From assembly GCA_963514005.1 (NCBI GenBank), contig OY740804.1, positions 5,022,001 through 5,086,000 of the forward strand: 64,000 nucleotides of DNA, written 5' to 3'. This document shows, piece by piece, positions 49,896 through 59,772 of the stretch. Below the pieces are notes generated by a model. That model saw only the letters and a list, made by a program, of their open reading frames with translations, searched no databases and had not been told where the DNA came from. The position numbers and the translations under genes were made by a program. This DNA comes from Raja brachyura. Taxonomy: Eukaryota. Each line of letters opens with the position of its first letter. The stretch's first letter is position 1.

Positions 49896-51147
49896 TCTAG
49901 ACATGCCTGCAAGTTGGGGGCTATGCGTCAGTGGATAGGGCAGTTATGGGGTAAAAGGAGCAAATTAATAATATTAATATATTAACAAAGGGGGTAGTTA
50001 GCGTGTGTGCGGGGGGGGGGAGTTAGTGTGTGTGTGGGGGTGGTTAATGTGCGTGACGCCGCATACCGCCCCCCCCCCCACAACCGCAAGTAGGGGGAAC
50101 AGACCCAACGGGCCTGCACTTGGTCTAATTACGCTTAAAATTCTCAAATTGACAACAATTTAGCCGTTTATTTTTTTAGTTCTCTAATCCTTGTGGCTAG
50201 AGTGTTGGTCAACAGCGTTCTCGCAATAAGTAACCATTTACTTTTCATTTTGTTTTGCCTTCTGTTGTGTTTTTGTCTAATTCAGCTAGGCCCAACCTTA
50301 ATCCTGAAGCTGTTGTGATACTGATTGTGAGTGAGAGGGGATCACTATCCAGAAACCCATATATTTTCCTGGACGTATTTTTCACACGGTCATTAAAGCG
50401 ACACATTTAGTTGTAGCTGAAGTGAGGTAATTTGCCGAATATTGTACTCTGCGGTCTCTTTCCATTCACAACTGCTAGATCTGGGAAGCCACCAGCCGAC
50501 ACAAGGACCGGGAGATGCCGCTCCCAGCAGCGTGACAAGCGACAGAAACGCCGGCAATGCTGAGGGGACAGAAGAGACAATGTCCGTTTGGAAGATAGAC
50601 ACAAAATACTGGAGTAACTCAGCAGCATCTATGGAGCTAAGGAATAGGTGCCGTTTCGAGATCTAGACCCTTCTACAGACTGAGAGTCGGGGAAAATGGA
50701 AGATGTATAGATGGTTGTGTAGAGAGATATAGAACAAATGAATTAAAGATATGTAAAAAAAAGTAACAATGATAAAGGAAACAGGCCATTGCTAGCTGTG
50801 TAGTAAGTGAGAACAAGTTACAGGCAATGAGATTCAACAAGAAGCTGGTTCAACTTGGGTGGGAGAGGGATGGAGAGAGAGGGGATGCAAGGTTTACTTG
50901 AAGTTAGAGATATCAATATTCATACCATTGGGGTGTAATCTGCCGACGGGAAATATGAGATGTTGTTCCCTACCACTGGGTTGGAGATGGCAGAGACGCT
51001 TCCAATTGGAACGAGGGCAAGTCCATGCAGTGATGGATGATCTGGTCCAGTGTTGGTGGGGGGATGAATGTTGTCCAGCGCACCCCTGATCATTCCGAAT
51101 GTTCACCCGATTCTTCCTGTTCATTTTCTCAAGATGTTTCCCCTCAG

Positions 51148-51468
51148 TTTCAGGTGCGGTGTGGGGGAAGGATCGTGTAGGAGGAGTTGTGGGAAGAGCG
51201 GTCACAGTCGATTGTCACTATGAAGCAAAGTACCGCTCACACACAAAATACTGGTGTCACGGGTGGGATCGCCAGTGTAGAGTTTTAATGGAAACAAATG
51301 GGCAACACGGACGGAGTGGAAGTGCATCAATCACAGATAACCCGGCACGAGGAATATTTACTGTGACTGTGGAGGATCTTCGCTCTAGAGATACAGGGTG
51401 GTACAGCTGTGGAATTGCTACACCTGGCTTGGATCCATTGTTTAACGTTCATCTCCAAGTATTTGACG
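51148..51468 (+). CDS. CD300/pIgR-like IgV exon of another gene (intact, four Cys)
   Basis: CCCTCAG| VSGAVWGKDRVGGVVGRAVTVDCHY..KYWCHGWDRQC..DTGWYSCG..VFD G|GTACGT; no stops. Confidence 0.9.
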
Positions 51469-52398
51469 GTACGTTTCTCAGCGATTGACTTGACGTCTCC
51501 ACGACGCCTGATCCATGTTTTCTCCGGGAAGGGTCAGGGCAGCACCGATATCCCGAGGCTCCGCAGCAGTGCAGAGACCTGCGGGGAGCGGGCGGGGGTC
51601 GGGAAACCCCACTCATGTTGCTCTCACCCAGTGCGGGCTCGGTCCCACTGAGCGGCCACCCACTTCAAGTGGGATGCTCAGCACATTTCCCTGCCTCTGA
51701 ACTGTGTTAAATGTTACCCTGTCAGAGGTTTGCATTCCGACTCAAACTAATAATCCGTTGGGAACAGATCACTGAGAAACAAGTGTTGCCCGCGGTCTGA
51801 ATACCCGGAGAATGTTAAACAGGGAATCAGACCCGTGAGTTCAACAGACTGCGTTCATTCCTCCCGGGGCAGGCCAGCCCGCTCCCCGCTCCCACCTCAG
51901 GGGCCAATCACTCCCTCCCCACCCAGCGGTCTCTCTCTGTGTCTCCCTCTGTCCCGTCAATGCGCCCCCACCCCCAGCAGCCACTCACTACTGCCCACCC
52001 ACTGCCCGGCAGCCAGCCAGCATCTCCACCTGGCCCAATCTCGGAGGAAATTTGAGTAAAGCTTTCCTAATCAGACCTTTCAGGAAATTCCGGGCGACCT
52101 CCACCTTCCCCGAGTTTCTGGGCTTCTCAGACTGACAATATCTCTCGTTGTCTCCACCCCGATATCAGCACCAATGGGTTCCCTTCCAGTTGTAGGCCAC
52201 TTCATCCCAGCACAACTATCGCCTCTCTCTATAGCCACCGAACATTGGACAGGTGTATGACAGGTGAACAAAACCATAAGTGCTGGAAGAACATAGCGGG
52301 TCAGGTAGCATCTGTGGAGGGAATGGACAAAACCAACTCGAGTCGTGACCCTCTTTCAGACAGACGGAGTAAGGGAGGAGAAAGCTGGAATTGAGAAA

Positions 52399-52527
52399 NN
52401 NNNNNNNNNNNNNNNNNNNNNNNNNNNNNNNNNNNNNNNNNNNNNNNNNNNNNNNNNNNNNNNNNNNNNNNNNNNNNNNNNNNNNNNNNNNNNNNNNNNN
52501 NNNNNNNNNNNNNNNNNNNNNNNNNNN
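52399..52527. other. Assembly gap (N run) over the 5' junction of Tx1 copy 1
   Basis: Seen directly. Confidence 1.
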
Positions 52528-53035
52528 CTCTGCAGTTGAGAAGGATTGGAGCAGCCTTTCCAGGATTTTGCCGTTGGAGAGGGCACAGACCCAGGGGGGC
52601 TTCATAGTTCAACTTATTGTTGGGCTGTTGAAGCTTTTCTCTGGTCTGGGGAGCCTCCATCTGTGTGAAGATTCCTGAGTTTCTCCACATTGTCGAGGGT
52701 GCGGTTGGCGTTGGCGGATTGCCAAGAGTGCCTGTGATCTCCGTGGGCTGAAGTTGTGCGGTGTCTTTGTCGTTTTTGGCTCCGCTTCTCTGCCCTAAAG
52801 TCATTTTGCTCAGTGCGGCTGCCTGGCTTAATGTGAAGAAGGTACTTTTGCGTCCAGCGCGACTGGGATCGAGTTTCCCGTAAGCTGCTCTTGGCTGTGG
52901 ATGAACCTGGGGACTTTCCTGCTTCAGCTGGAGGTTTCTGTTTTCTGCTGCCTGTCTTTGACTGTGACTGTCTCTGGGACTTAACTTGGAGCTGTGCTGC
53001 TGAGGTGCTTGGAGCTGGTTTGTGCCTCTGTGAGG

Positions 53036-55390
53036 ATGGCGATGGAAGGGGCGCGGCCGAAGGTCCGGACCTACGCAGCGACGGCATCAGTGGCGGGTGC
53101 GAGGCCATCTGAGCTTGAGCCTCATGTTGACTTGGATGGGGACAGTTTTGGTATTTCTGTTCAAACTGGGCCTATGATGTCTAGGGGGGTAATTACGAAG
53201 GCCATGAATGAACTTCTTGGGAGGGGGGCTATTGTCTCTTCTGAGCTCGAAAGGGGAAAGGTGGAGATGATACTTAAGACCCGGGAGTGTGTGGCCCGAG
53301 CGTTGGAGGAGGGGATCTCAGTGGGGGGGGTCCACGTACAGGTGGATCCGTGGGTATCCAGGGTGAGACCGGTTCTCCTGCGGAGCTGCCCCACTTATTT
53401 TTCGGATGCAGTGCTTATTCCACACCTGTCCAAGTTTGGGGAGGTGCGGTCTAAATGTTTTCGTCTCTTGCATCCCGGGGGGGACCCGGAGGAAAAAGGG
53501 GTCTTCAGTTTCAAGAGGAGGGTGTTCATGAAGGTGGGTGAGGGGGATGGTGCCGAGGGGAGTTTTGAGGTGGTGCATAAGGGTGTACCCAGAACCGTGC
53601 GTTGGAGTTGGGGAAAGGCACGGTGTCATGCGTGCGGCGAATTTGGACATCTCCGTAGGGAGTGTCTTTTTCGCGGGGGCACTGCTAGAGGTTCTAGTGT
53701 AGTGGCCCAGGAAAGCGCTGCTGGCCCATCTGGGGTGGCTGGTCAAACCTCAGCGGCGCGGGGTGGTACTGCTGACCCGGCTGAGGTTGCCAGTTCTGCC
53801 TTGGTGACCCGGGGCGGCAGTGCTAAGCCTTCTGGGTCCAGAGGTTCCGCTTTGGGGACCCTGGGCAGTGAGAGCCCAAGCCCCCCACGTCCCCTACGTC
53901 TTGCGCCTGTGGCGGTGGATGGAGGTGGGGCGCAGGAGGAGGGGAGTGTTGAGGGGGGGTTTTGGGAGAAGCAGGGGAAGCATAATAAGAAGAAGGAGAG
54001 GGATAGGGCTGCCCGAGCGAAGAAAGTGCAATCGGGTGAGTTTGGCTCCAGTGTGGTGCAGACTGCACCTGCTGGGGCCCAGGGGGGAGTTGTGATGGCT
54101 CGGAAGGGGGGAAAGAAGTCTAAACGTGTGGGTGGCAAAGTGGTTGGGGGTAATGTGGAGGCGGATGACCCTTCCCTTATGGAGGTTACCGCACCTCCGC
54201 ATGCGAGTGGGACTAAAAGGAGGCATTTGCCTGGTGAAGAGGAGGAAGGGCGTGGGTCCAGAGCGAAGGGGATGTCTTTCTCCGAGCTTTCCACCACTGA
54301 GGTGGCTGAAAGTGGTCTTGACCCGGTGTCTTCTGGGTCGGTGGTTGGGCCTTCTCTTCATGGATCTACAGCGGGTGTCACCGGACTGGGTGCTGAAGTT
54401 GATTCCGGTGGAGTTGTGTCCACTGGGCGGGAGTCTGTCCCTTCATCTCAGGGGCCCTCTGAGGGAGTTATCTCGGCGGATGCTGTGGTTAGCTCCCTTG
54501 GGTGTGTACCCTCTGGGTCGGATGAGGTCCCCTCGTTTCAGAGGCCTACTGAGGGTGCTAGCAAGGTAGATGACGTGGTTGGCTCCTCTGGTAGTGTGCC
54601 CTCTGTGACGGGGGGTGGGCAGAGTCAGGCTGAGGGGGGAGTTTCGGGGGTGTTGTCGTTCAAGTCTGTGCTCCATATCAGTGCCAGTGGAGGTGCTGGG
54701 GGGCGGGATGCCTCACCGGATGAGTTGTCTGGGGTGAGGTTAATGGCAGGTGGTGATTCTCTGGGTGATGCCTGTGGAGAGGGCACTCTGGATGATGTGG
54801 AGGTCAGGGCTGTTATGGGACGTGATCCTCTTTCAGACTCCGAGGGTGCCAGTGTTCCACAGGCCCTGGGGATGCCTCTTGTTGTTGCTTCCCCAGGCCC
54901 AGAGGAGGAGGGTGATGGTAGCGTGCAGGAGCCCAGCCATTCAGAGGGCTGCGAGTCTCAGGTAGGGGTGTTGGGACCCACCCCCAGCATTGATCCGGGT
55001 GGTCGTGTCATGGCTGTGGAGGAGGATAGCGATGCGGCCAGTGGGGGGGGCTCAGAGAGTGTTGTGTCAGACAGTTCTGGTCTTTCTGAGGTTGTTGATT
55101 CAGGTGCGAGCGGGTTGGCTGAGAGCCCAGACTCCAAGGCCGTGTCTGAGGCGAAGCTTATTGTTGAGGTGCGAGAGTTCTTAAAAATAAGTCGTGCTCC
55201 CAAAACATTATGGTGGGCCATTACAAGGAGATGGGAGGATTGGCTAGATGTGCGGGAGAGTCTCGAGGCTATCCTTAGTAACAAGGATAGTGGTCTTTCT
55301 GACTCGGATTTGGGGCAGTTTTGGGGTTTGTTGAAGGTCCTCAGAAAAGGACCTCCTGTGACTACAGGGAGTGTGAGGGTCACAATCTAA
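53036..55390 (+). CDS. Tx1-like ORF1 (gag-like, CCHC knuckle, long acidic/Ser-Gly region), 784 aa from the first ATG
   Basis: RTYA start, LSKFGEV, CHACGEFGHLRREC. Confidence 0.88.
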   Translation: MAMEGARPKVRTYAATASVAGARPSELEPHVDLDGDSFGISVQTGPMMSRGVITKAMNELLGRGAIVSSELERGKVEMILKTRECVARALEEGISVGGVHVQVDPWVSRVRPVLLRSCPTYFSDAVLIPHLSKFGEVRSKCFRLLHPGGDPEEKGVFSFKRRVFMKVGEGDGAEGSFEVVHKGVPRTVRWSWGKARCHACGEFGHLRRECLFRGGTARGSSVVAQESAAGPSGVAGQTSAARGGTADPAEVASSALVTRGGSAKPSGSRGSALGTLGSESPSPPRPLRLAPVAVDGGGAQEEGSVEGGFWEKQGKHNKKKERDRAARAKKVQSGEFGSSVVQTAPAGAQGGVVMARKGGKKSKRVGGKVVGGNVEADDPSLMEVTAPPHASGTKRRHLPGEEEEGRGSRAKGMSFSELSTTEVAESGLDPVSSGSVVGPSLHGSTAGVTGLGAEVDSGGVVSTGRESVPSSQGPSEGVISADAVVSSLGCVPSGSDEVPSFQRPTEGASKVDDVVGSSGSVPSVTGGGQSQAEGGVSGVLSFKSVLHISASGGAGGRDASPDELSGVRLMAGGDSLGDACGEGTLDDVEVRAVMGRDPLSDSEGASVPQALGMPLVVASPGPEEEGDGSVQEPSHSEGCESQVGVLGPTPSIDPGGRVMAVEEDSDAASGGGSESVVSDSSGLSEVVDSGASGLAESPDSKAVSEAKLIVEVREFLKISRAPKTLWWAITRRWEDWLDVRESLEAILSNKDSGLSDSDLGQFWGLLKVLRKGPPVTTGSVRVTI

Positions 55391-58300
55391 TGTGTCTACA
55401 CATTCACAGTAGCTACATTAAATTTAAATGGGAGTAGAGCGAGTTTTCGAAGATTTCAGCTCTTATCAGCCCTAAGGGAGGGGAGATTTGCAGTTTGTTA
55501 TCTGCAAGAGACACATACCGTTGCTAGTGATGAACCTACCTGGCAACTGGAGTGGGAAGGGAGGGTTTATATGAGCCATCTCAGCTCAAATTCGAGTGGG
55601 GTGGCTTTTTTGTTGGCCCCAAATTTTCTGCCAAGCATTTTAAAAGTGCAGGAAGTGGTGCCAGGACGTTTGCTCCATCTGGCCGTGAGCCTGGATGGCA
55701 TGCCGTTGCATTTCATTAACGTGTATGCCCCTAGCTCCGGCACGATGCAGGCCGGCCTGCTTCGGGAGGTGAATGCTCTGTTGGGCACTATTGATAGGGG
55801 AGAGTGTGTCTTCCTTGGTGGGGACTTTAATTGCACACTTGAGGTGCGGGACCGTTCTGGTACTCAGTGTGCGCCTGCTGTAGCGAAGAAGCTGAGAGGC
55901 TTGATTGACTCCTTTGAGTTGGTTGATGTTTGGAGGGACCTTCACCCTGATTCCACTGCTTTTTCGCGGAGGTCTGAGGGCGGTGGTTCCCGCATTGATC
56001 GGTTTTATATTTCCCGAGCGTTTGTTTCCCGTGTCTCAGCGGCCTCAATGCGGCTGGTGCCGTGCTCGGACCATTGTCTGGTGCGTGTGGATTTCAATCC
56101 AGCGTGCGCTCGGGCTGGGTCCGCGTACTGGCACTTTAACAACAGGCTGCTGGAGGATCGGTGTTTCCGGGAGTCATTCACTCGGTTTTGGGTGAAGTGG
56201 AGAGAGAGGCAGAGGTGCTTCTCTTCCCTTAGGCAGTGGTGGGATGTGGGTAAAGCTCACATCCGTCTCTTTTGTAAGGAATATACATGGGGGTCGACTG
56301 GGAGGCGGGACTCAGCGGTCGCGAAGCTGGAGAGGGAGATACAGGACGCTGAGTCTCGCCTGGGTCAGTTTGGTGAAGACTCCAGCGAATGGGGAGAGTT
56401 TCAGAGGAAGAAGGAGGTTTTGAGGAGTCTGCTGCTTGAGCGATCTCGAGGCGCTTATGTGAGGTCTCGGGTCCAGATGCTGCACGAGCTGGACCGAGCG
56501 TCGCCTTTCTTTTTCTCTTTGGAGAAGGGGCGGGGAGCTCGAAAACAGCTCGTGGAGTTGCTTGCAGATGACGGCTCCTCTGTCACTGATCCAGAGAGGA
56601 TTAATGCCTTGGTTAGGTCCTTTTATGGGACCCTGTTCTCTGCGGAAGGATTCAGTGTGGAGGCTCAGCAAGATCTGTGGGAGGGTCTACCGGCCGTAGA
56701 TAGGGGGGAGGCTGATCTTCTTGATGGCCCCTTATCTTTGGAGGAGTTGACTTGCGCCTTGCATCAGCTCAGGAGGGGTAAGTCCCCCGGGCTGGATGGG
56801 TTGACGGTGGAGTTTGTTAGAGCATTCTGGGACGTCCTAGGGGGTGACTATATGTTGGTTTTGGGGGAGAGCCTGGCGACTGGAGTGATGCCTCTCTCGT
56901 GGCGTAGGACGGTTGTTGTCTTGCTGCCTAAGAAGGGCGAACTCCGTTTGTTGAAGAACTGGCGTCCAGTCTCTCTCCTTTGCACAGAATATAAAATTTT
57001 TGCACGGGCAATGGCAAATCGCCTGGGCTCCGTGCTGCATCAAGTGATTCATCCTGATCAATCTTATACAGTCCCTGGCCGGTCCATCCAGGATAACATC
57101 CACCTGGTTAGGGACCTGATTCATTTAGTCCAGGGTACTGGTGAGTCAGCTGCTTTTCTGTCTCTTGATCAGGAGAAGGCTTTTGATAGGGTAGAGCATG
57201 AATACCTATTTGGGACGTTGCAAGCGTTTGGGTTTGGACCACACTTCGTGGCCCGGGTCCGGCTTTTGTACGCTGCGGCGGAGTGTCTTGTAAAGGTTAA
57301 TGGCGCGGTGCTATCTCCTTTTCATTTTGGGAGGGGGGTCCGCCAGGGGTGCCCTATGTCGGGCCAGTTGTATTCGGTCTGTGTGGAGCCGTTCCTGTGT
57401 CTTCTTCGGAGGAGGTTGACAGGCCTGGCCCTACCTGGCCCGCGGGTTGAGGTGATTCTATCGGCGTATGCCGATGACGTACTTCTTATGTTCACTGATC
57501 CTGGTGACCTGCGGAGGATGCGTGACTGCCAGGAGATATTCTCGGCTGCATCTTCTGCTAGGATTAACTGGAGTAAGTGCTCTGGACTTTTGGTGGGTCA
57601 GTGGCGGGTAGACTCCCTGCCGGAGGAGATGGCATTGTATGCGTGGAGTACCACGCACCTCCTCTATCTGGGGGTGTACCTGAGTCCCACTGAGGATGTT
57701 TGGCCGGCAAACTGGCAAGAGTTGGAGACGAAGGTGGTTGCTCGGCTGGGGCGCTGGTCAGGCCTGCTTGGAGTTCTCTCCTTTCGGGGGAGGGTGCTGG
57801 TCATAAACCAGCTGGTGGCCTCTATGTTATGGTACCGGCTGGCTACTCTTGTCCCGCCCTCTATATTTGTAACTGCTATACAGAAGAAGCTGGTGGATTT
57901 CTTTTGGGGAAATAGGAAGCATTGGATTTCCGCGGCGGTCCTGAGTCTTCCGTTAGAGGAGGGCGGCCAGTCCTTGGTGTGCGTGCGCACCCAGGTGGCG
58001 GCTCTCCGTCTCAGGACTCTGCGGAGATACATGTATGTAGAGAACCCTCCCAGATGGCACGCTCTGGCCACGTATTTTTTTCGTCAGGGTCGTTGCCTAA
58101 GGGGGGTCTCGCGGCTCCCGGTGGCGGGTGTCAGTCGACCCGCTCTAAGGGGCTTGCCTGTTTTCTATAGGGATGTGTTAAGAGTGAGGAATTTGGTGGT
58201 GTTCAGCCAGAGTGTTGTTCCACGAGGAGAGGGGGATGTTGTGGCTGCGGGTGTGGCTGGTCCTCATCCTGTCATGGTGGTTGTCGAGGAGAGGCGCGAG

Positions 58301-59098
58301 CCTAGAGTGGTTCAGATAGAGCTTACCCCTGCTCCGTCAGATCTGCTCATCGGGCCTAGGCTTCGGGATATTTCTCGGCCTCCGGCTCCGCATAATCTGA
58401 GCTGCCTTTCTGAGATGACCAGCATGCCATTTTGTGATGCAAGGAGACGCGCACTGTACAGGATGCTCCTGCACATTCTGAACCACCGTGCCTTCGTCTC
58501 CCGTCCTGACTCACCATGGAGGACGGTGTTACCATCCGAAGGCGGCGGGGGGCCCCAGTGGGGGTCCTTCTATAAGGGAGTTGTACCCCTTTATATTGGG
58601 GACCTGGGGTGGAGAGTGCTGCATGGAGCGGTGGTTTGTAATAAACTTTTGAGTCGGTTCACGGGCTCGTCTGCCGCATGTATTTTCTGCGGAGAGGAGG
58701 AGACCGTATTCCATGTGTATATGGAGTGTGTGAGGTTACTGCCCCTGTACCAATATCTGAAGGGGCTGTTCCTCAAGTTCTGGCTGCATTTTAGCCCCAC
58801 AATCCTGGTGTTTGGACACAAGGCGGGGAGTGGGGAGAGCCGAGTGTGGGGGGGGGACTTACCTGTCGGTTTGCTCCTTGGCCTGGCCAAGATGGCCATT
58901 CGTGGGTCCAGGCAGCGGGCGGTCGACGGTCTGGCGAGAGTCGGCTGCCTGCCCCTCTTTCGGGCCTACGTCCGTGCACGTGTGTCCCTGGAGAGGGAAC
59001 ACGCGGTGTTCACGGGGACTCTGGAGGCCTTCCGTCAGCGCTGGTCGCCGCGTGGGGTTGAGGCGATTATAAATGAATGTACTGCTGTACTACAATGA
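55391..59098 (+). CDS. Tx1-like ORF2 (APE + RT + C-terminal CCHC); open frame begins directly after the ORF1 stop, first ATG only at 55571
   Basis: TLNLNG, LQETH, NVYAP, GGDFN, SDH, KSPGLDG, NWRPVSLL, RQGCPMS, YADD, CIFCGEEETVFHVYMEC. Confidence 0.93.
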   Translation, partial: CVYTFTVATLNLNGSRASFRRFQLLSALREGRFAVCYLQETHTVASDEPTWQLEWEGRVYMSHLSSNSSGVAFLLAPNFLPSILKVQEVVPGRLLHLAVSLDGMPLHFINVYAPSSGTMQAGLLREVNALLGTIDRGECVFLGGDFNCTLEVRDRSGTQCAPAVAKKLRGLIDSFELVDVWRDLHPDSTAFSRRSEGGGSRIDRFYISRAFVSRVSAASMRLVPCSDHCLVRVDFNPACARAGSAYWHFNNRLLEDRCFRESFTRFWVKWRERQRCFSSLRQWWDVGKAHIRLFCKEYTWGSTGRRDSAVAKLEREIQDAESRLGQFGEDSSEWGEFQRKKEVLRSLLLERSRGAYVRSRVQMLHELDRASPFFFSLEKGRGARKQLVELLADDGSSVTDPERINALVRSFYGTLFSAEGFSVEAQQDLWEGLPAVDRGEADLLDGPLSLEELTCALHQLRRGKSPGLDGLTVEFVRAFWDVLGGDYMLVLGESLATGVMPLSWRRTVVVLLPKKGELRLLKNWRPVSLLCTEYKIFARAMANRLGSVLHQVIHPDQSYTVPGRSIQDNIHLVRDLIHLVQGTGESAAFLSLDQEKAFDRVEHEYLFGTLQAFGFGPHFVARVRLLYAAAECLVKVNGAVLSPFHFGRGVRQGCPMSGQLYSVCVEPFLCLLRRRLTGLALPGPRVEVILSAYADDVLLMFTDPGDLRRMRDCQEIFSAASSARINWSKCSGLLVGQWRVDSLPEEMALYAWSTTHLLYLGVYLSPTEDVWPANWQELETKVVARLGRWSGLLGVLSFRGRVLVINQLVASMLWYRLATLVPPSIFVTAIQKKLVDFFWGNRKHWISAAVLSLPLEEGGQSLVCVRTQVAALRLRTLRRYMYVENPPRWHALATYFFRQGRCLRGVSRLPVAGVSRPALRGLPVFYRDVLRVRNLVVFSQSVVPRGEGDVVAAGVAGPHPVMVVVEERREPRVVQIELTPAPSDLLIGPRLRDISRPPAPHNLSCLSEMTSMPFCDARRRALYRMLLHILNHRAFVSRPDSPWRTVLPSEGGGGPQWGSFYKGVVPLYIGDLGWRVLHGAVVCNKLLSRFTGSSAACIFCGEEETVFHVYMECVRLLPLYQYLKGLFLKFWLHFSPTILVFGHKAGSGESRVWGGDLPVGLLLGLAKMAIRGSRQRAVDGLARVGCLPLFRAYVRARVSLEREHAVFTGTLEAFRQRWSPRGVEAIINECTAVLQ

Positions 59099-59196
59099 TC
59101 TGTTCATTATAGTGTGATTTTTGATTGTGTTTTGATGTGTTGTATTTTATGATTTGTGTTGAATAAAGTTTTTGAAATGAAAAAAAAAAAAAAAAA

Positions 59197-59205
<9 letters not shown>

Positions 59206-59240
<35 letters not shown>
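59206..59240. repeat. (GA)n spacer between the tandem Tx1 copies
   Basis: About 17 GA units directly after the polyA. Confidence 0.95.
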
Positions 59241-59246
<6 letters not shown>

Positions 59247-59772
59247 GTCGTGTTTGCTTCTCAGCTCTGCAGTTGAGAAGGATTGGAGCAGCCTTTCCAG
59301 GATTGTGCCGTTGGAGAGGGCACAGACCCAGGGGGGCTTCATAGTTCAACTTATTGTTGGGCTGTTGAAGCTTTTCTCTGGTCTGGGGAGCCTCCATCTG
59401 TGTGAAGATTCCTGAGTTTCTCCACATTGTCGAGGGTGCGGTTGGCGTTGGCGGATTGCCAAGAGTGCCTGTGATCTCAGTGGGCTGAAGTTGTGCGGTG
59501 TCTTTGTCGTTTTTGGCACCGCTTCTCTGCCCTAAAGTCATTTTGCTCAGTGCGGCTGCCTGGCTTAATGTGAAGAAGGTACTTTTGCGTCCAGCGCGAC
59601 TGGGATCGAGTTTCCCGTAAGCTGCTCTTGGCTGTGGACGAACCTGGGGACTTTCCTGCTTCAGCTGGAGGTTTCTGTTTTCTGCTGCCTGTCTTTGACT
59701 GTGACTGTCTCTGGGACTTAACTTGGAGCTGTGCTGCTGAGGGGCTTGGAGCTGGTTTGTGCCTCTGTGAGG

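Larger units (their letters stand above)
47514..50128 (+). mobile_element. Probable non-autonomous Helitron
   Basis: A|TC start in a TCTAT-rich head; subterminal hairpin CAGACCC-AAC-GGGCCTG (50100-50116); CTAA|T (CTRR) end; internal CT-rich tract and N gap. Confidence 0.5.
52528..59205 (+). mobile_element. Tx1-clade non-LTR retrotransposon, copy 1, essentially full length
   Basis: 5' UTR, CCHC ORF1, APE-RT-zinc finger ORF2, AATAAA at 59162, A26 tail at 59180-59205. Confidence 0.93.

Noticed and set aside
49068-49985. Long ORFs on both strands
   Set aside because: Low-complexity CT tract plus N gap; not credible coding sequence.
55571-55573. ORF-track start of Tx1 ORF2
   Set aside because: Lies downstream of conserved endonuclease motifs, so it is unlikely to be the functional start.
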